Made by a program: the position numbers and the translations under genes. A stretch of 63,749 bases of DNA, filler included, from Octopus bimaculoides (taxonomy: Eukaryota), in the NCBI RefSeq assembly GCF_001194135.2. It is 7 parts of 6 records of this genome, joined end to end, with 100 filler letters (N's around TTAATTAATTAA, not from the genome) between each part and the next. Parts side by side here need not be neighbours in the genome. Positions count along the whole stretch, not along the records: positions 29,028 to 39,117 come from NC_068986.1; positions 39,218 to 54,312 come from NC_068986.1; 5 more parts are not named here. One strand, 5' to 3'. Below the pieces are notes generated by a model that was given only the letters and a program-made list of their open reading frames with translations, made no database searches and had not been told where the DNA came from. Below are positions 29,506-41,229 of this stretch, piece by piece; the first letter of the stretch is position 1; each line of letters opens with the position of its first letter.

Positions 29506-31699
29506 NNNNNNNNNNNNNNNNNNNNNNNNNNNNNNNNNNNNNNNNNNNNNNNNNNNNNNNNNNNNNNNNNNNNNNNNNNNNNNNNNNNNNNNNNNNNNNN
29601 NNNNNNNNNNNNNNNNNNNNNNNNNNNNNNNNNNNNNNNNNNNNNNNNNNNNNNNNNNNNNNNNNNNNNNNNNNNNNNNNNNNNNNNNNNNNNNNNNNNN
29701 NNNNNNNNNNNNNNNNNNNNNNNNNNNNNNNNNNNNNNNNNNNNNNNNNNNNNNNNNNNNNNNNNNNNNNNNNNNNNNNNNNNNNNNNNNNNNNNNNNNN
29801 NNNNNNNNNNNNNNNNNNNNNNNNNNNNNNNNNNNNNNNNNNNNNNNNNNNNNNNNNNNNNNNNNNNNNNNNNNNNNNNNNNNNNNNNNNNNNNNNNNNN
29901 NNNNNNNNNNNNNNNNNNNNNNNNNNNNNNNNNNNNNNNNNNNNNNNNNNNNNNNNNNNNNNNNNNNNNNNNNNNNNNNNNNNNNNNNNNNNNNNNNNNN
30001 NNNNNNNNNNNNNNNNNNNNNNNNNNNNNNNNNNNNNNNNNNNNNNNNNNNNNNNNNNNNNNNNNNNNNNNNNNNNNNNNNNNNNNNNNNNNNNNNNNNN
30101 NNNNNNNNNNNNNNNNNNNNNNNNNNNNNNNNNNNNNNNNNNNNNNNNNNNNNNNNNNNNNNNNNNNNNNNNNNNNNNNNNNNNNNNNNNNNNNNNNNNN
30201 NNNNNNNNNNNNNNNNNNNNNNNNNNNNNNNNNNNNNNNNNNNNNNNNNNNNNNNNNNNNNNNNNNNNNNNNNNNNNNNNNNNNNNNNNNNNNNNNNNNN
30301 NNNNNNNNNNNNNNNNNNNNNNNNNNNNNNNNNNNNNNNNNNNNNNNNNNNNNNNNNNNNNNNNNNNNNNNNNNNNNNNNNNNNNNNNNNNNNNNNNNNN
30401 NNNNNNNNNNNNNNNNNNNNNNNNATAAGCAAGTCATGCTAGTGGGTGTATGAAAATAAAAAATTCAAATACATTTACCACAAAAATGTACATATGTTTA
30501 GGTATAAAAATGTCCGATTTACAGGATAGATTTACAGTTGTTAAAGTGTCGTAAGTCCAAATTTGGCCAAATGCTTTTTTCTAATATTTATTTTTGCTGT
30601 ACTGGGGTCGATCTAATCAACTGGCCCTCTCCCCCAAAATTTCGGGCCTTATGCCTAGAAAAAAAAAGAACATATATTTTTGCTTGCAATAGCAGGTTCT
30701 TTTGGTCAAACTATCGTATCTCCAGTTGCTTCACTTGCCAAGATATCAAAAATTGTCAAAGGGTAGTACAACGACTTTGTTATGGAATGGTGAAACTATG
30801 TTTTCGTTTTCTGAAAAAGTAACGTTCTGAACCTACGACATTTTTGCATAAAGGCAACGATATACATTAAAAAAATGAGCGTAGTGTGTTATCCCATATT
30901 AGTGATGAATGACTATGCGATGAACGAACATATACGTATTTTATTTATTTTTTAAACTTTCTTTAATAACAAAGAATGTTTTATTTTTAAAAAGATATGT
31001 ATTATTAGGTTTTGGTGGCCAAGGGATTTGGCATCCACCAATCCAACATCCAATGAAATTATTTGTACTCGTAATGTCTTTCCGGTTTCATATCTGATTT
31101 TAAGCAGTTATAACGTAACGATGTTTTGTTATTATGTTTTATTTGACAATTTTGAATTTAATCTAACAAGGTTTGGTTGTATTCACTGTTTTTTAAAAAA
31201 ATTACATCGTTTATCTTCTACAAAGTTCATTTTTCTATCTCGATTGAATGAAAGCTTTAACACCTTTCATTAGGAAAAATGTCTTAAGACTCCTAATATG
31301 CAAAAGTTAAAAAAATATATAAATAAATAACGTAAAATAAAATTTTAAAGAAATGCAAAATTGAGGATTTTTACTGCTTTACAAAAACTAATTACTGTTA
31401 TAGTTGGATTGAGAAAGAATTAATAAACGTCAGAGATAAAAATCAATTATAATTATTAGAATTACTGAACAGCAATGGTGATGCAACATAGAAATAATAC
31501 ATTGAATATAATTTGAAGTTTGTGTTGTAGTAATCCAGGTTTACTAGAAGAAATACCTCCTATTACTTGGAAGATGACAAGGCATAGCTGCATGGTTAAG
31601 CCGATCGCTTTGCAACCATATGGTTTGAGGTTTAGACATCATATTAATCTATGCTCTATTCGGTGTTTCTCTGGTTTCGCGCCGCTAGGATCATCATCT

Positions 31700-33140
31700 T
31701 TTGTCTCTTTCTTTGTCACTTTCTTCTTTCATTATTGAAATGATTTCTGATCTAGACACCCTCTCGTAAGTTTTATTTAAACTTTACCGTTCGTGTCCTT
31801 GCTTCATAGCAGGATAAAAATCCATTTTTCGTGTGGAGTGAGGCATGTTCTCCGAGCCAGTTCATCTCCTGCTCTATCTACCTTCTGTCACAAAATTGTT
31901 TTTCACATCATTTTATAGATTAGCAGTTTTCCTTTTAAGGTGGGAACAATATCAAGTACTGTCCAAGCGGCTTATGAAAAACCGTGTAATAGCATATCGT
32001 TGTTGTAATAGCATAACATTAGGTCATCCATAAACAGCAGATGATTAAGTATCTCAGTTATATTTTTCAATAGAATTGATTTACGATCGGTTTATTTTAA
32101 TCGATTTTATTTTATTTTATTTTCTATTTGAAAATTTGGTTATGAAACACGTGTAGTCGTTTTATTATTTCAATGATTATTACTTTGTATTTTATTATTG
32201 TACTTTTAATGTATTTACTTATTATTTTTTTCTATATGTGACTGTGGATTTTCATGGATGAGTTCATGAACTTTGGTTCTTTTCTCTAAATTATATATTT
32301 ATATACTATATACTGTGAAACAACTAGTAATAACTGCTAGAAAGTATAACGCCCTATAAAATGTTAGTAATATTATGCTTGTTTTTCTTCGTTCTCAGTG
32401 ACTTCTTGAGTCCATTTGATTACCTCAGCGCCATATCTGATGATAAGTGTAGCTCTTGAGTGTACAGCAATGATGGCACATATACCATTGAGATTTGCTT
32501 TTAATATCCTATTCTCCCTTTCGATATATTTTCTCCTGGCTTTGTCTTCCATTCTTCAGTCTGTATATTATCATCTTCCAAGGCTTCCACATATTTCTAA
32601 CCATCACTTGTATCAATCTTCCGTATCTTCTCGTTTAATGGATTTACTATCTTTGCTTCATAGTTTTTACCTTTCTCCACCACAGTGATTCTTCCATTCT
32701 CATATCATGGATATACGTTCTCGCAGTACCGTCAAGGGTATCCATTTCTTTCATCAGTCCTGCTATATAACTTTAGGTCATCCATAAATAGCAGATGATT
32801 AAGTATCTCAGTTACAGGAAGGGTGTCATAAGAGGAATGATAAATAAAAGATGTAAGCTATCACATTAGAAATTACTCACATCTATTTTGACTTCTCCAA
32901 GTGTCCACCTGCTGTTAGTTCCATTTTCCAATTTCCACTACTTACTCGTTTCAATTCAATAATATTATATGCAATTTAGAGCATTTTTCGTGTGTCTTCA
33001 AAAATTCTTGATTCAGCGAACATATAAGCATTTTTGTAATCAATCCACCGCTTTGTTAAACTGGTTCGTTTTTCAGGCCATCATCTTGTCGATTCTTTTT
33101 ATTCTTCTGCCGTTTTACTTCTGCTCCTTCTGTTCATTAA
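31700..33140 (-). pseudogene. R4/Dong-clade (restriction-like endonuclease) non-LTR retrotransposon, RT-domain relic
   Basis: Minus-strand translation with frameshifts: EQKG..., IDKM, W.DYK.AY, WKMELTAGG..LGEVKI, NHLLFMDDLKLY (32765-32800), KY.....D.I..EE, ILKANLNG, IRYGAEVIKWTQE. Confidence 0.8.
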
Positions 33141-33559
33141 AGAACACGAAAACTGTGTTCTTCTTAGCATTTGTAAATCTTATTCGAAATCATACATATC
33201 TAATCTTTCCATAGTAGTCGTAAACATCAGCATCAACATTCGCTGATCAGTGTAAACAACTCCTTCACCAACGGCAGAGATATTGAATACAGTGTTGAAG
33301 ATGACAACGCCGTACACACCAGTAAATACAATCAGGCACATCTGTAGCAGATCTGGAAGCAATACCATCCCCAACAGCTCTGGCATCTACACTAAGAGTA
33401 ACAGTAATAATAGCAGCAACAACTACAGCAACACTTTCATCACCGTTAGCACAAATATTACAGCCTCCGACTATAGCAAAACCATGAATAGCCGTAACTC
33501 GCATTAAAAAGAAAAGTCTGCTGAGATATTGAGAGTCTTGTGAAGAACAGCCTAGGCAA

Positions 33560-33860
33560 TCGATTTTCGAGTGCCATTACAGATATGGGACAAAAATCTT
33601 GGGATCCATATCTAATATGCATTACAAATGAAGATATATTGAAACAGGAGGGAAAGAAAAAATCACGTGTGTCTCCGAGATTATATGAACTATGAAGGTC
33701 GGAAGATGCCATCATGTCATGTTACCTGCGATAGGGTATGACACTCTGGAACAGGAAGATATGTTACACCAAAAGGTGGCAAAATAAATTTCCAGCAAGA
33801 CTTCGAAGAATCGGGAGTGAATAGTTACTTGTGAAGTAGGTAATAGCAGGTGCGGCTTCA
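33560..33860 (+). pseudogene. Degenerate RTE-like LINE 3' fragment
   Basis: 'ILGI...ITNEDILKQEG....VSEII' pattern. Confidence 0.45.
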
Positions 33861-34385
33861 AGACGAAATGATCCCAAACTATCTGAAGGTGCTGTTTCTA
33901 CGCATTCTTTTAGCTTGTGAATGATGCCTGACTGGCTAAGTTAGCAGGGGACCATTCTACCTGAAATTAGTGCCGGTCCGATTAAAGATTTATCCATTTA
34001 CCACTGAGCGGACTGGAATAAAAAGAAACAGTGTTTCGCTGAACAACACAACCTGGCGCCATCTGGTGATTGAGAACAAAATATTGCGATCGTGAATGCA
34101 ACACACCAACCACCAAACATTCGCTTTTACACCCCCCCCACACACACACATACACACACACACACACACATACACACACACACGAACACACACATACACA
34201 CACACACGCACACACACACAATACTTACATATATATATATATATATATATAAACTTATATATATACTTTATTATCTCCCCTTCTTCCTAGCTCTCCTGTG
34301 TGACCCCTCTGTCTAGCATTCGCCATGCTATATCGCTAGCAACTAAACCCTTTTCTATTTTCTCTCCCTGTTTATTTCTGCGTTC

Positions 34386-34421
34386 CTTTCTGTCGAAGAG
34401 CATAGGCTCGAAACGTGAAAG
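34386..34421 (+). ncRNA. Minimal type I hammerhead-ribozyme-like motif (variant core)
   Basis: CTTT|CTGTCGA|A|GAGC-ATAG-GCTC|GAA|ACGT|G|AAAG: stem I CTTT/AAAG, stem II GAGC/GCTC, palindromic stem III ACGT. Confidence 0.45.
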
Positions 34422-34489
34422 ATTTTCTCATTTTCCGAGCGTTAAACTAATACATCCATCTGTTTGTTGTTTGCACACCTGTCCCGTCG

Positions 34490-34868
34490 ACTGTGTGGTA
34501 AGTAGCTAGCTTAGAAACCACATGGTTCCGGGTTCAGTCCCACTGCGTGGCACCTTGCACAAGTGTCTTCTACTATAGCCTCGGGCCGACCAAAGACTTG
34601 TGAATGGATTTGATAGACGGAAACTGAAAGAAGCCTGTCGTATATATGTATATAAGTATGTGTGTCTGTGTTTGTCCCCCCGACATCGCTTGACAACCGA
34701 TGCTGGTATCTTTAAGTCCCCGCAACTTGGCGGTTCATCAAAAGTGTCCAATAGAATAAGTACTAGGCTTACAAAGAATAAGTCCTGGGGTCGATTTGCT
34801 CGACTAAAGGCGGTGCTCCAGCATGACCGCAGTCAAATGACTGAAACATGTAAAAGAGTAAAAGAGTG
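34490..34868 (+). mobile_element. Well-preserved SINE-A, microsatellite, B composite
   Basis: B box 'gggttcagtccc', core 'ggcaccttgcacaagtgtcttctactatagcc', tail 'ggtgctccagcatgaccgcagtcaaatgactgaaac'. Confidence 0.9.
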
Positions 34869-35254
34869 TATATATATTTTGTGCATATATGTGTGTGTTT
34901 GTGTGTATGTGTGTGTTTGTGTGTATTTGTATGTATGTGTGTGTGTGTGTGTGTGCGCGCATGGGTGCTACAACATAGGACGTGATTAATCACTTTCAGC
35001 CGAAGTGTGACAGGTAAAGTGAAGTTTACAATGGTAAACAATGTTGATGTGTTACACCTTAATTAAGGAAATCTTGCGATCGCTTTATAAAATTAAATTA
35101 CATTTCATCCTATATTCTACACCTCATGTGACAAATCAACGAACGCCACGAAAAATATTGCTAGAATCTTCAATCACAGTTACACAATAAGCATATTGTC
35201 CTTATATGAAGACTGTTTCAACAGGTTCAAAGTTTATTAAAATAGGACACTAAG

Positions 35255-35440
35255 AATTACCCGTTGTATGCAAGGAAATTTGGTATTCACAAACAACTAA
35301 CTAAGATATGCGGCCCATATGACATCAGGACAGTATTCAAGAGTAATACAACACTTCGCAAATATCTCCTGCGAGAAGAGAATATGGCCAAGAACAATAG
35401 TAGAGAATATGACCAAGAACTGCGTGTACTCCATGCCGTG
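35255..35440 (+). pseudogene. Penelope-like element fragment, linker and start of the GIY-YIG endonuclease
   Basis: KICGPYDIRTVFKSNTTLRKYLLR...ENMTKNCVYSMP resembles the PLE 'i..vFks..TL...L...K...kn.VY.ipC' segment. Confidence 0.65.
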
Positions 35441-35490
35441 AGGACAAATATCCGTCAAAATGTAAATAATGTAACTAACGGTCGGTTTTT

Positions 35491-35890
35491 TCCTTTATTC
35501 TTTTATTTGTTTCAGTCATTTGAATGCTGCCATGCTGGAGCACCGCCTTTAGTCGAACAAATCGACCCCAGGACTTATTTTTTGTAAGCCTAGTACTTAT
35601 TGTATCTGTGTCTTTTGCCGTAAGCACACTAACATCGGTTGTCAAGCAGTAGTGGGGACGCGACAAACACAGACACAACTCACACACACACAGACACACA
35701 GGCACACAGACCCACACGCACGCACACACGCACGATGGGCTTCTTTCGGTTTCTGTCTGCTCACAAGACATACAAATCCACTCGCAAAGCCTTGGTCGGT
35801 CCGAGGCTATAGCAGAAGACTGGTGCTACGCAGTGGGACTGAACCTGGAACCATGTGGTTGGTAAGTAAGCTACTTACCACACACGGCTA
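35491..35890 (-). mobile_element. SINE-A, microsatellite, B composite
   Basis: Reverse complement of 34490-34868. Confidence 0.85.
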
Positions 35891-35939
35891 CAAATACTGC
35901 TTTCAAATTTTGACACAAAACTATCATTTTGAGAGGCTT

Positions 35940-36295
35940 GGGTAAGTCACTTGCATATAACCCAGTGCACAACTGGTCACCATTTTATAGATCCCGTTGC
36001 ATGAAACGTAAGATCGTTGTTGACGGAACATGAAATCAGAATTTAAAGACGGACAAAATGTCGCGATGTATTTTTCCCGATTTTAATTCTTTTACAAATA
36101 CTAATTTCAAAATTTGACACAAGGCCAGCAATTCTGGGGGTGGGATAAGTTGATTACACCGACCTCAGTACTGACCTGGTACCTATTTCATCGTCCCCCC
36201 AAAAAGTGAACATGAAAGGTAAAGTCACCTTTGGCGGCACACGAACTCAAAACGTAAAGTCAGACGAAATGCCGTTAATACTTTTGCCCTGCGTG
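35940..36295 (-). mobile_element. Two tandem SINE-C copies
   Basis: 'aatttgacacaaggccagcaatt...gaaaggtaaagtc...gaactc...gacgaaatgcc' repeated. Confidence 0.7.
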
Positions 36296-36698
36296 AACCA
36301 AATTATAAATACTGTGTTTAGTTATTGAACTGCGGCAATGCTGGAGCAGCACTTCTTAGTGTCACTTGAAAACATCGACAGTAGTACTTAGTTTTGTTTT
36401 TCATTCTATCTAGTACTTATTTCGTTTTATTGTGTATTGAATCTCGAATTGCTAAGTCATTAACGCGAAAGGAACCAACATCTGTGGTCAGGCAAGCGTT
36501 AGAAGGACACGTACAGAAACTAAGTCACGGGTATACATTGTGTATGAGTGCGTGCGTGCGTGTATGTGTGTGTTTAAGTGTGTGTATGTGTAAGTGTGTG
36601 TGTGTGTAAATGTGTGTATGCGTGCGCGCGTGCGCGCGTGTGTGTGTGTTTATCCACACACATTCGCTTTGCCTGCATTAAGTTTGTTCTCAGGGTGA

Positions 36699-36901
36699 CC
36701 GGTAATAAAGTCAGGAAAAATGTCAGTAAAAAAGCCACAATGGGGAAAAAAAGTCACAGATTAAAAAATCGCAATTAATTTATGGGATCCGGACAAACCG
36801 CCCGCCTTAGGGAAAAAACCCTGGGACAAACCTCACACCGGACAAAACACCTGTGACTTTTTTCCTGTGATATTTTTACGTATGACGTTTTCTTTACCTG
36901 G
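36699..36901. mobile_element. Foldback/MITE-like element with inverted subrepeats
   Basis: Left arm has 'ggaaaaa(a)gtca(ca)' subrepeats and the right arm has the complement 'ctgtgacttttttcctg'; core has 3x 'ggacaaa'. Confidence 0.4.
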
Positions 36902-37121
36902 TTTCGTTCTCATGACTATTATAGAAAATTAGTGCCTAAGATGTCACTCAGTGGGATTGAACATAAAACTACATGATTATAGAGCGAACTTCCTAAGCCA
37001 TTACACGCACACACACATACGCAGACACACACAAACTGCATCAATGATTAGCAAAACTCATCGGTAATCTGATATCACCACTAATAAGAGGTTGACAATA
37101 AGAAGCAGGCCATTTACTTAC

Positions 37122-37181
37122 ACGTAACTTGCACTTGTACAGTGGATCGTCTAACACGCAATATTCACTTTTAAGTTGCAT
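37122..37181 (-). CDS. Candidate 60-nt phase 0-0 exon (MQLKSEYCVLDDPLYKCKLR)
   Basis: Minus-strand acceptor 'cttttgattttcag|' and perfect donor '|GTAAGT'; only frame 0 is open; product unrecognised. Confidence 0.25.
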
Positions 37182-37895
37182 CTGAAAATCAAAAGCTGAA
37201 GTAATAAGCAACAACATTACATGGTAAAAACCAGACATAGTTAACACCCACACATACGAATTGATAGATTTTCTGTGATCTCAGTCTTATAGAATCACTT
37301 CCTATTATTCTCCAGGCTACTAGAATCTTTCTTAATCGAAAGGAGTAGACTTATTTAGATTTCAGACACATTATTTAATTCATTCTCATGATCTGAAAAT
37401 TAGAAGCAATTAACAACAAAAACTGGTTTTACTGAAGTCGAAACCAATACAGTTTAACTCTTTCTTGGCCATATCTTTTAAATTCATTGATGTTTGCTGT
37501 CGAACAGGTGACTCATAGAAATGCAACTTTATACGGATAATACGCATTCGTTTCCATGTGACAGACGCACAGATATAACTACACAAGCACGCATTTTTAA
37601 CGCACACACATACGCATACGGACAATGAACCTATGGAAAACGTATGAAAGCGGTCAGAGTTATTGCTAAAGTTATGTCAAACAACATACGGTTAATTACC
37701 TGATTGGTTTCAGTTATATTCGCTTCAGGTAGAGGCAAGGAAACGCCTGGACTCGAAATATGTAGGGTTGATGTCATGAAACAAAGAATTTCCGAAAGTG
37801 AAGTGCTACTGAGAGTGTGACTGACTAGGTAATCTGGAGGGAGGAGGTGTGTGTGTGTTTATGTGTGTGTTTGTTCGTAAGTGCGTGAGTTTGTT

Positions 37896-37947
<52 letters not shown>

Positions 37948-37974
37948 CGTGTGTGTANNNNNNNNNNGTTTGTT

Positions 37975-38026
<52 letters not shown>

Positions 38027-38330
38027 CGTGTGTGTATAGAACATCTTTTTCTTTCATTCTTTCAGACATTAGTCTGCAGCCATGCTGGTTGACCACCTTG
38101 AACAAAATTTAGTAGAAAGAATCGACGCAATTACTGATTGTTAAGCCTAATACTCTATGCGACACGTTTGTCGAACAACTATGTTACACATACATAGATA
38201 CACACACACACACAAACATGCGTACACGCTCGCACTCACACAGACACACACCCGCACACACATATATAGAGAGAGACCAGAGTAAGCTCATACATGCAAA
38301 AAAAGGTGGTTAAAATAGTACTCGATATAT

Positions 38331-38808
38331 CTGCGGCCATGCTGGAGCACCGCCTTTAGTCGATCAATTCGACCCCAGGAATTATTGTTTGTAAGCCTAA
38401 TACTTATTCTATCGGTCTCTTTTACCGAACCGCTAATTTACGGGGACGTAAACACACCAGCATCGGTTGTCAAGTGATGTTGTGGGGACAAACACACATA
38501 TATATACATATACATATATATGACGGGCTTCTTTCAGAAATAATAATTATTTAGAAGTAATAATAATTCTATAACGATATGCTCTTCTGCATTCTTTTAC
38601 TGGTTTCAGTCACTTCACTGAGGCCATGCTGAATCAACGCCTTAAGACGAGCAAATCAACTCCAGAATTTATTCTTTGTAAACCTGGTACTTATTTTGTC
38701 GGTTACTTTTGTCGAACCCCTATTTCCGGGGACATAAACAAACCTACATCGGGTGTCAAGCGATGGTGGCGGAAAAAAGTCAGACAGAAACACACACACA
38801 CACACACA

Positions 38809-38890
<82 letters not shown>

Positions 38891-39055
38891 TACATATATA
38901 TGACGGGGTTCTTTCAGTTTCCGTCTACCTAATCAATTCCTAAGGCTTTGGTCGGCGCGAAGCTATAGTAGAAGACTCTTGCCCAAGGTGCCACGCAATG
39001 CGACTGAACCCGCAGCCATGTGTTTGTGAAGCAAGCTTCTTACCACACAGCCACA
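38331..39055 (-). mobile_element. Two SINE A plus B copies (38331-38537 truncated; 38585-39055 full, with a long CA tract)
   Basis: Same diagnostic blocks as 34490-34868. Confidence 0.85.
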
Positions 39056-39259
39056 CATATGCCTTATATACACACACATATATCAATATACGTACATATA
39101 TATATATATATATATATNNNNNNNNNNNNNNNNNNNNNNNNNNNNNNNNNNNNNNNNNNNNTTAATTAATTAANNNNNNNNNNNNNNNNNNNNNNNNNNN
39201 NNNNNNNNNNNNNNNNNCATACCTTCGTTTTATTTGCTTTTTTCATTTTAAATTTGCTT

Positions 39260-39322
39260 TAACCCTAGCCCTAACCCTAACTCTAACCCTAACCCTAACG
39301 CTAACCCTAGGGTTAGGGTTAA
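39260..39322. repeat. Interstitial telomere-like (CCCTAA)n switching to (GGGTTA)n
   Basis: About 8 CCCTAA-type units, then 'ctaaccctagggttag' palindrome centred at 39308/39309. Confidence 0.8.
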
Positions 39323-39874
39323 TTGTTTCAGAATCGTTTGTTTATGTAGTCGGCACTTAATGTATATCGGCTGAATGGACGTCAGTGATTGGTTGAAATT
39401 ACAGAAATACGACAACTTTAACATGGAATAACTTATGGATTTCTTTTTTTTTTTTAAGAAGACTAAGAGAAAAAGATGTTTTATATGACACATTCTACCA
39501 GTGTTCCAAGTTTCAAAGTGTTTCGTTAATGAAAAATGTGGCCCCCGTTTTAAAAAAGATCCAAGAAAAGAAGCAGGGAAATAATTACACGTTACCAATG
39601 TACAATGCGTGTATGTATGTATATACATACATACATACATGCATACATTTACAGCGTTCAGCATACACATATTTTTTTCACGTCTGGCCGTATAGCCTTC
39701 TTGTTCTCAGTGTTTCATTTTCCTGTTTTGTTTTCTGTCCGCCACTACATTCCTCCATGTTACAAATTTAATTTGTGGTCCGTGGGAAGAGCCATTTTAA
39801 CGATGCGTCCTGCCCTAACTCTTCGAAACGCCAGTGTTGAATGGTGGCAGCTGATGAAGGAAATGTTCTCTAAT

Positions 39875-40215
39875 ATTATTATTATTATTATAGACGTCGC
39901 ACAGTATACAATATCGTGAGGTTGTTGATTGAAGATATTGTATCTGCCGGGGGTTTGTACTGTTTGTCAAGTCGCAACAAGAATCTCAGACAGACAGTAC
40001 TTTACGCAATATGCGTGCAGTTCCAAGTAATATCGACTTTTGCAATACATCTACATTGTAGGGTATCTGTAAGGTTTTCAGATGGTTTTTTTTTTCAGAT
40101 TGGGTGGTTTTGAACCCAATGCTCCGATGACAATAGGGACAAACTTTATGTTCGACTCTCGTAGCTGCCACATCTTAGCGATCTCAATTTCCAGGTCTCC
40201 ATAATGTGGACATTA
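39875..40215 (-). pseudogene. R4/Dong-clade retrotransposon 3' end: restriction-like endonuclease C-terminus, 3' UTR and (TAA)n
   Basis: YGDLEIEIAKMWQLRESNIKFVPIVIGALG.../LQKSILLGTARILRKVLSV* (stop 39986-88), ~95-nt UTR, then (TAA)5. Confidence 0.85.
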
Positions 40216-41229
40216 TTAACATTGGAAATAATCTTCAATTAAGAATAAAAAGCGGAAAGTGTAAATATTTACATTTACCTCATAATCTGCTCAACAGCTA
40301 TTTTATTGGGATTAAACATCATTATTTATATAATTGCGTAATTATTACTGTGAATATATTTTTTTGATGTTTATACATCAAATGTTTCTATATAGGTAAG
40401 CTTCAATTATGAATTTGGAGTTGTTATGCTAGAAACGAAAATTTGGTGAACTTTCTAATCCATGGCTGTATTCTTATTGAAGATGATAAAATATTGCTTA
40501 TGGAAATATTTCAAGACGAGCAGTACAAAGAATCAATTTTGGGGATTACTTCTCAGATATTGATGAACATAATATGGAATTCGCTTGGATCTAGAACCCT
40601 TTCTCGTTTGACACATCAACGATGAGTGACACAGCAAAAAAGAAATTTCATTAACTTTCAAGAAATCACCAAAATCCTAATTTCGAAAAGCCTGTGCTGG
40701 ATAACATGCATCTTTAGTGTGAGTAGATCGAGGCTTACCCAAGCTTGGCGATAAGAATAATTAATGAGTTTGTCCCTTCACCATTACATCTCACTAGAAA
40801 GCAGGATAGGTATTTCAAGGAAGCAGGGTTGCCATTATTAAATCTAAAATCGTAGTAGGGGCAACTTTTGACTTTTTCTATCTGAAGGATTGTTTTGCCC
40901 AATATTTACACGCTTTTATTTATAGCTTCTTCGAGCTAAACCGTTTCAAAAAAGCATTATTTCAAAGAGTAGATAAATTAAAATTTACTAGATGTGTCAG
41001 ATGAAACGAGAATAGTTTCATCGATAGTTGTGCCTTGATTTTATGTTTAAATTGAATAAGCATACAAAAATCTGACTAGATTACCAAAAGTAAGTGTTAT
41101 AACGTAATCGGGATATGTAAAAAAAATTGTTTTTGTTTGTCTACTTTTCTGCAAATGTAATTCGACTGTGAGGAGTAAATGTACAGATTTAATATGATTA
41201 TGTTATAATATAGCATGGGCCACATTGTG

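Noticed and set aside
24600-30453. Several 150-413-aa ORFs
   Set aside because: Almost entirely N gap (X) plus microsatellite.
33180-33507. Three overlapping 68-79-aa ORFs
   Set aside because: Decayed trinucleotide (AAC/AGC/AAT) sequence leaves frames open; no domain.
39260-39322. Ancestral chromosome-fusion site
   Set aside because: The junction polarity (CCCTAA then GGGTTA) is opposite to a telomere-telomere fusion and the tract is very short; kept only as a TE-borne motif.
39805-39870. CTTCGAAACG...CTGATGAAGG read as a type II hammerhead
   Set aside because: The 22 nt between GAAA and CTGATGA cannot form both stem III and stem I with a UH site, and stem II is poor.
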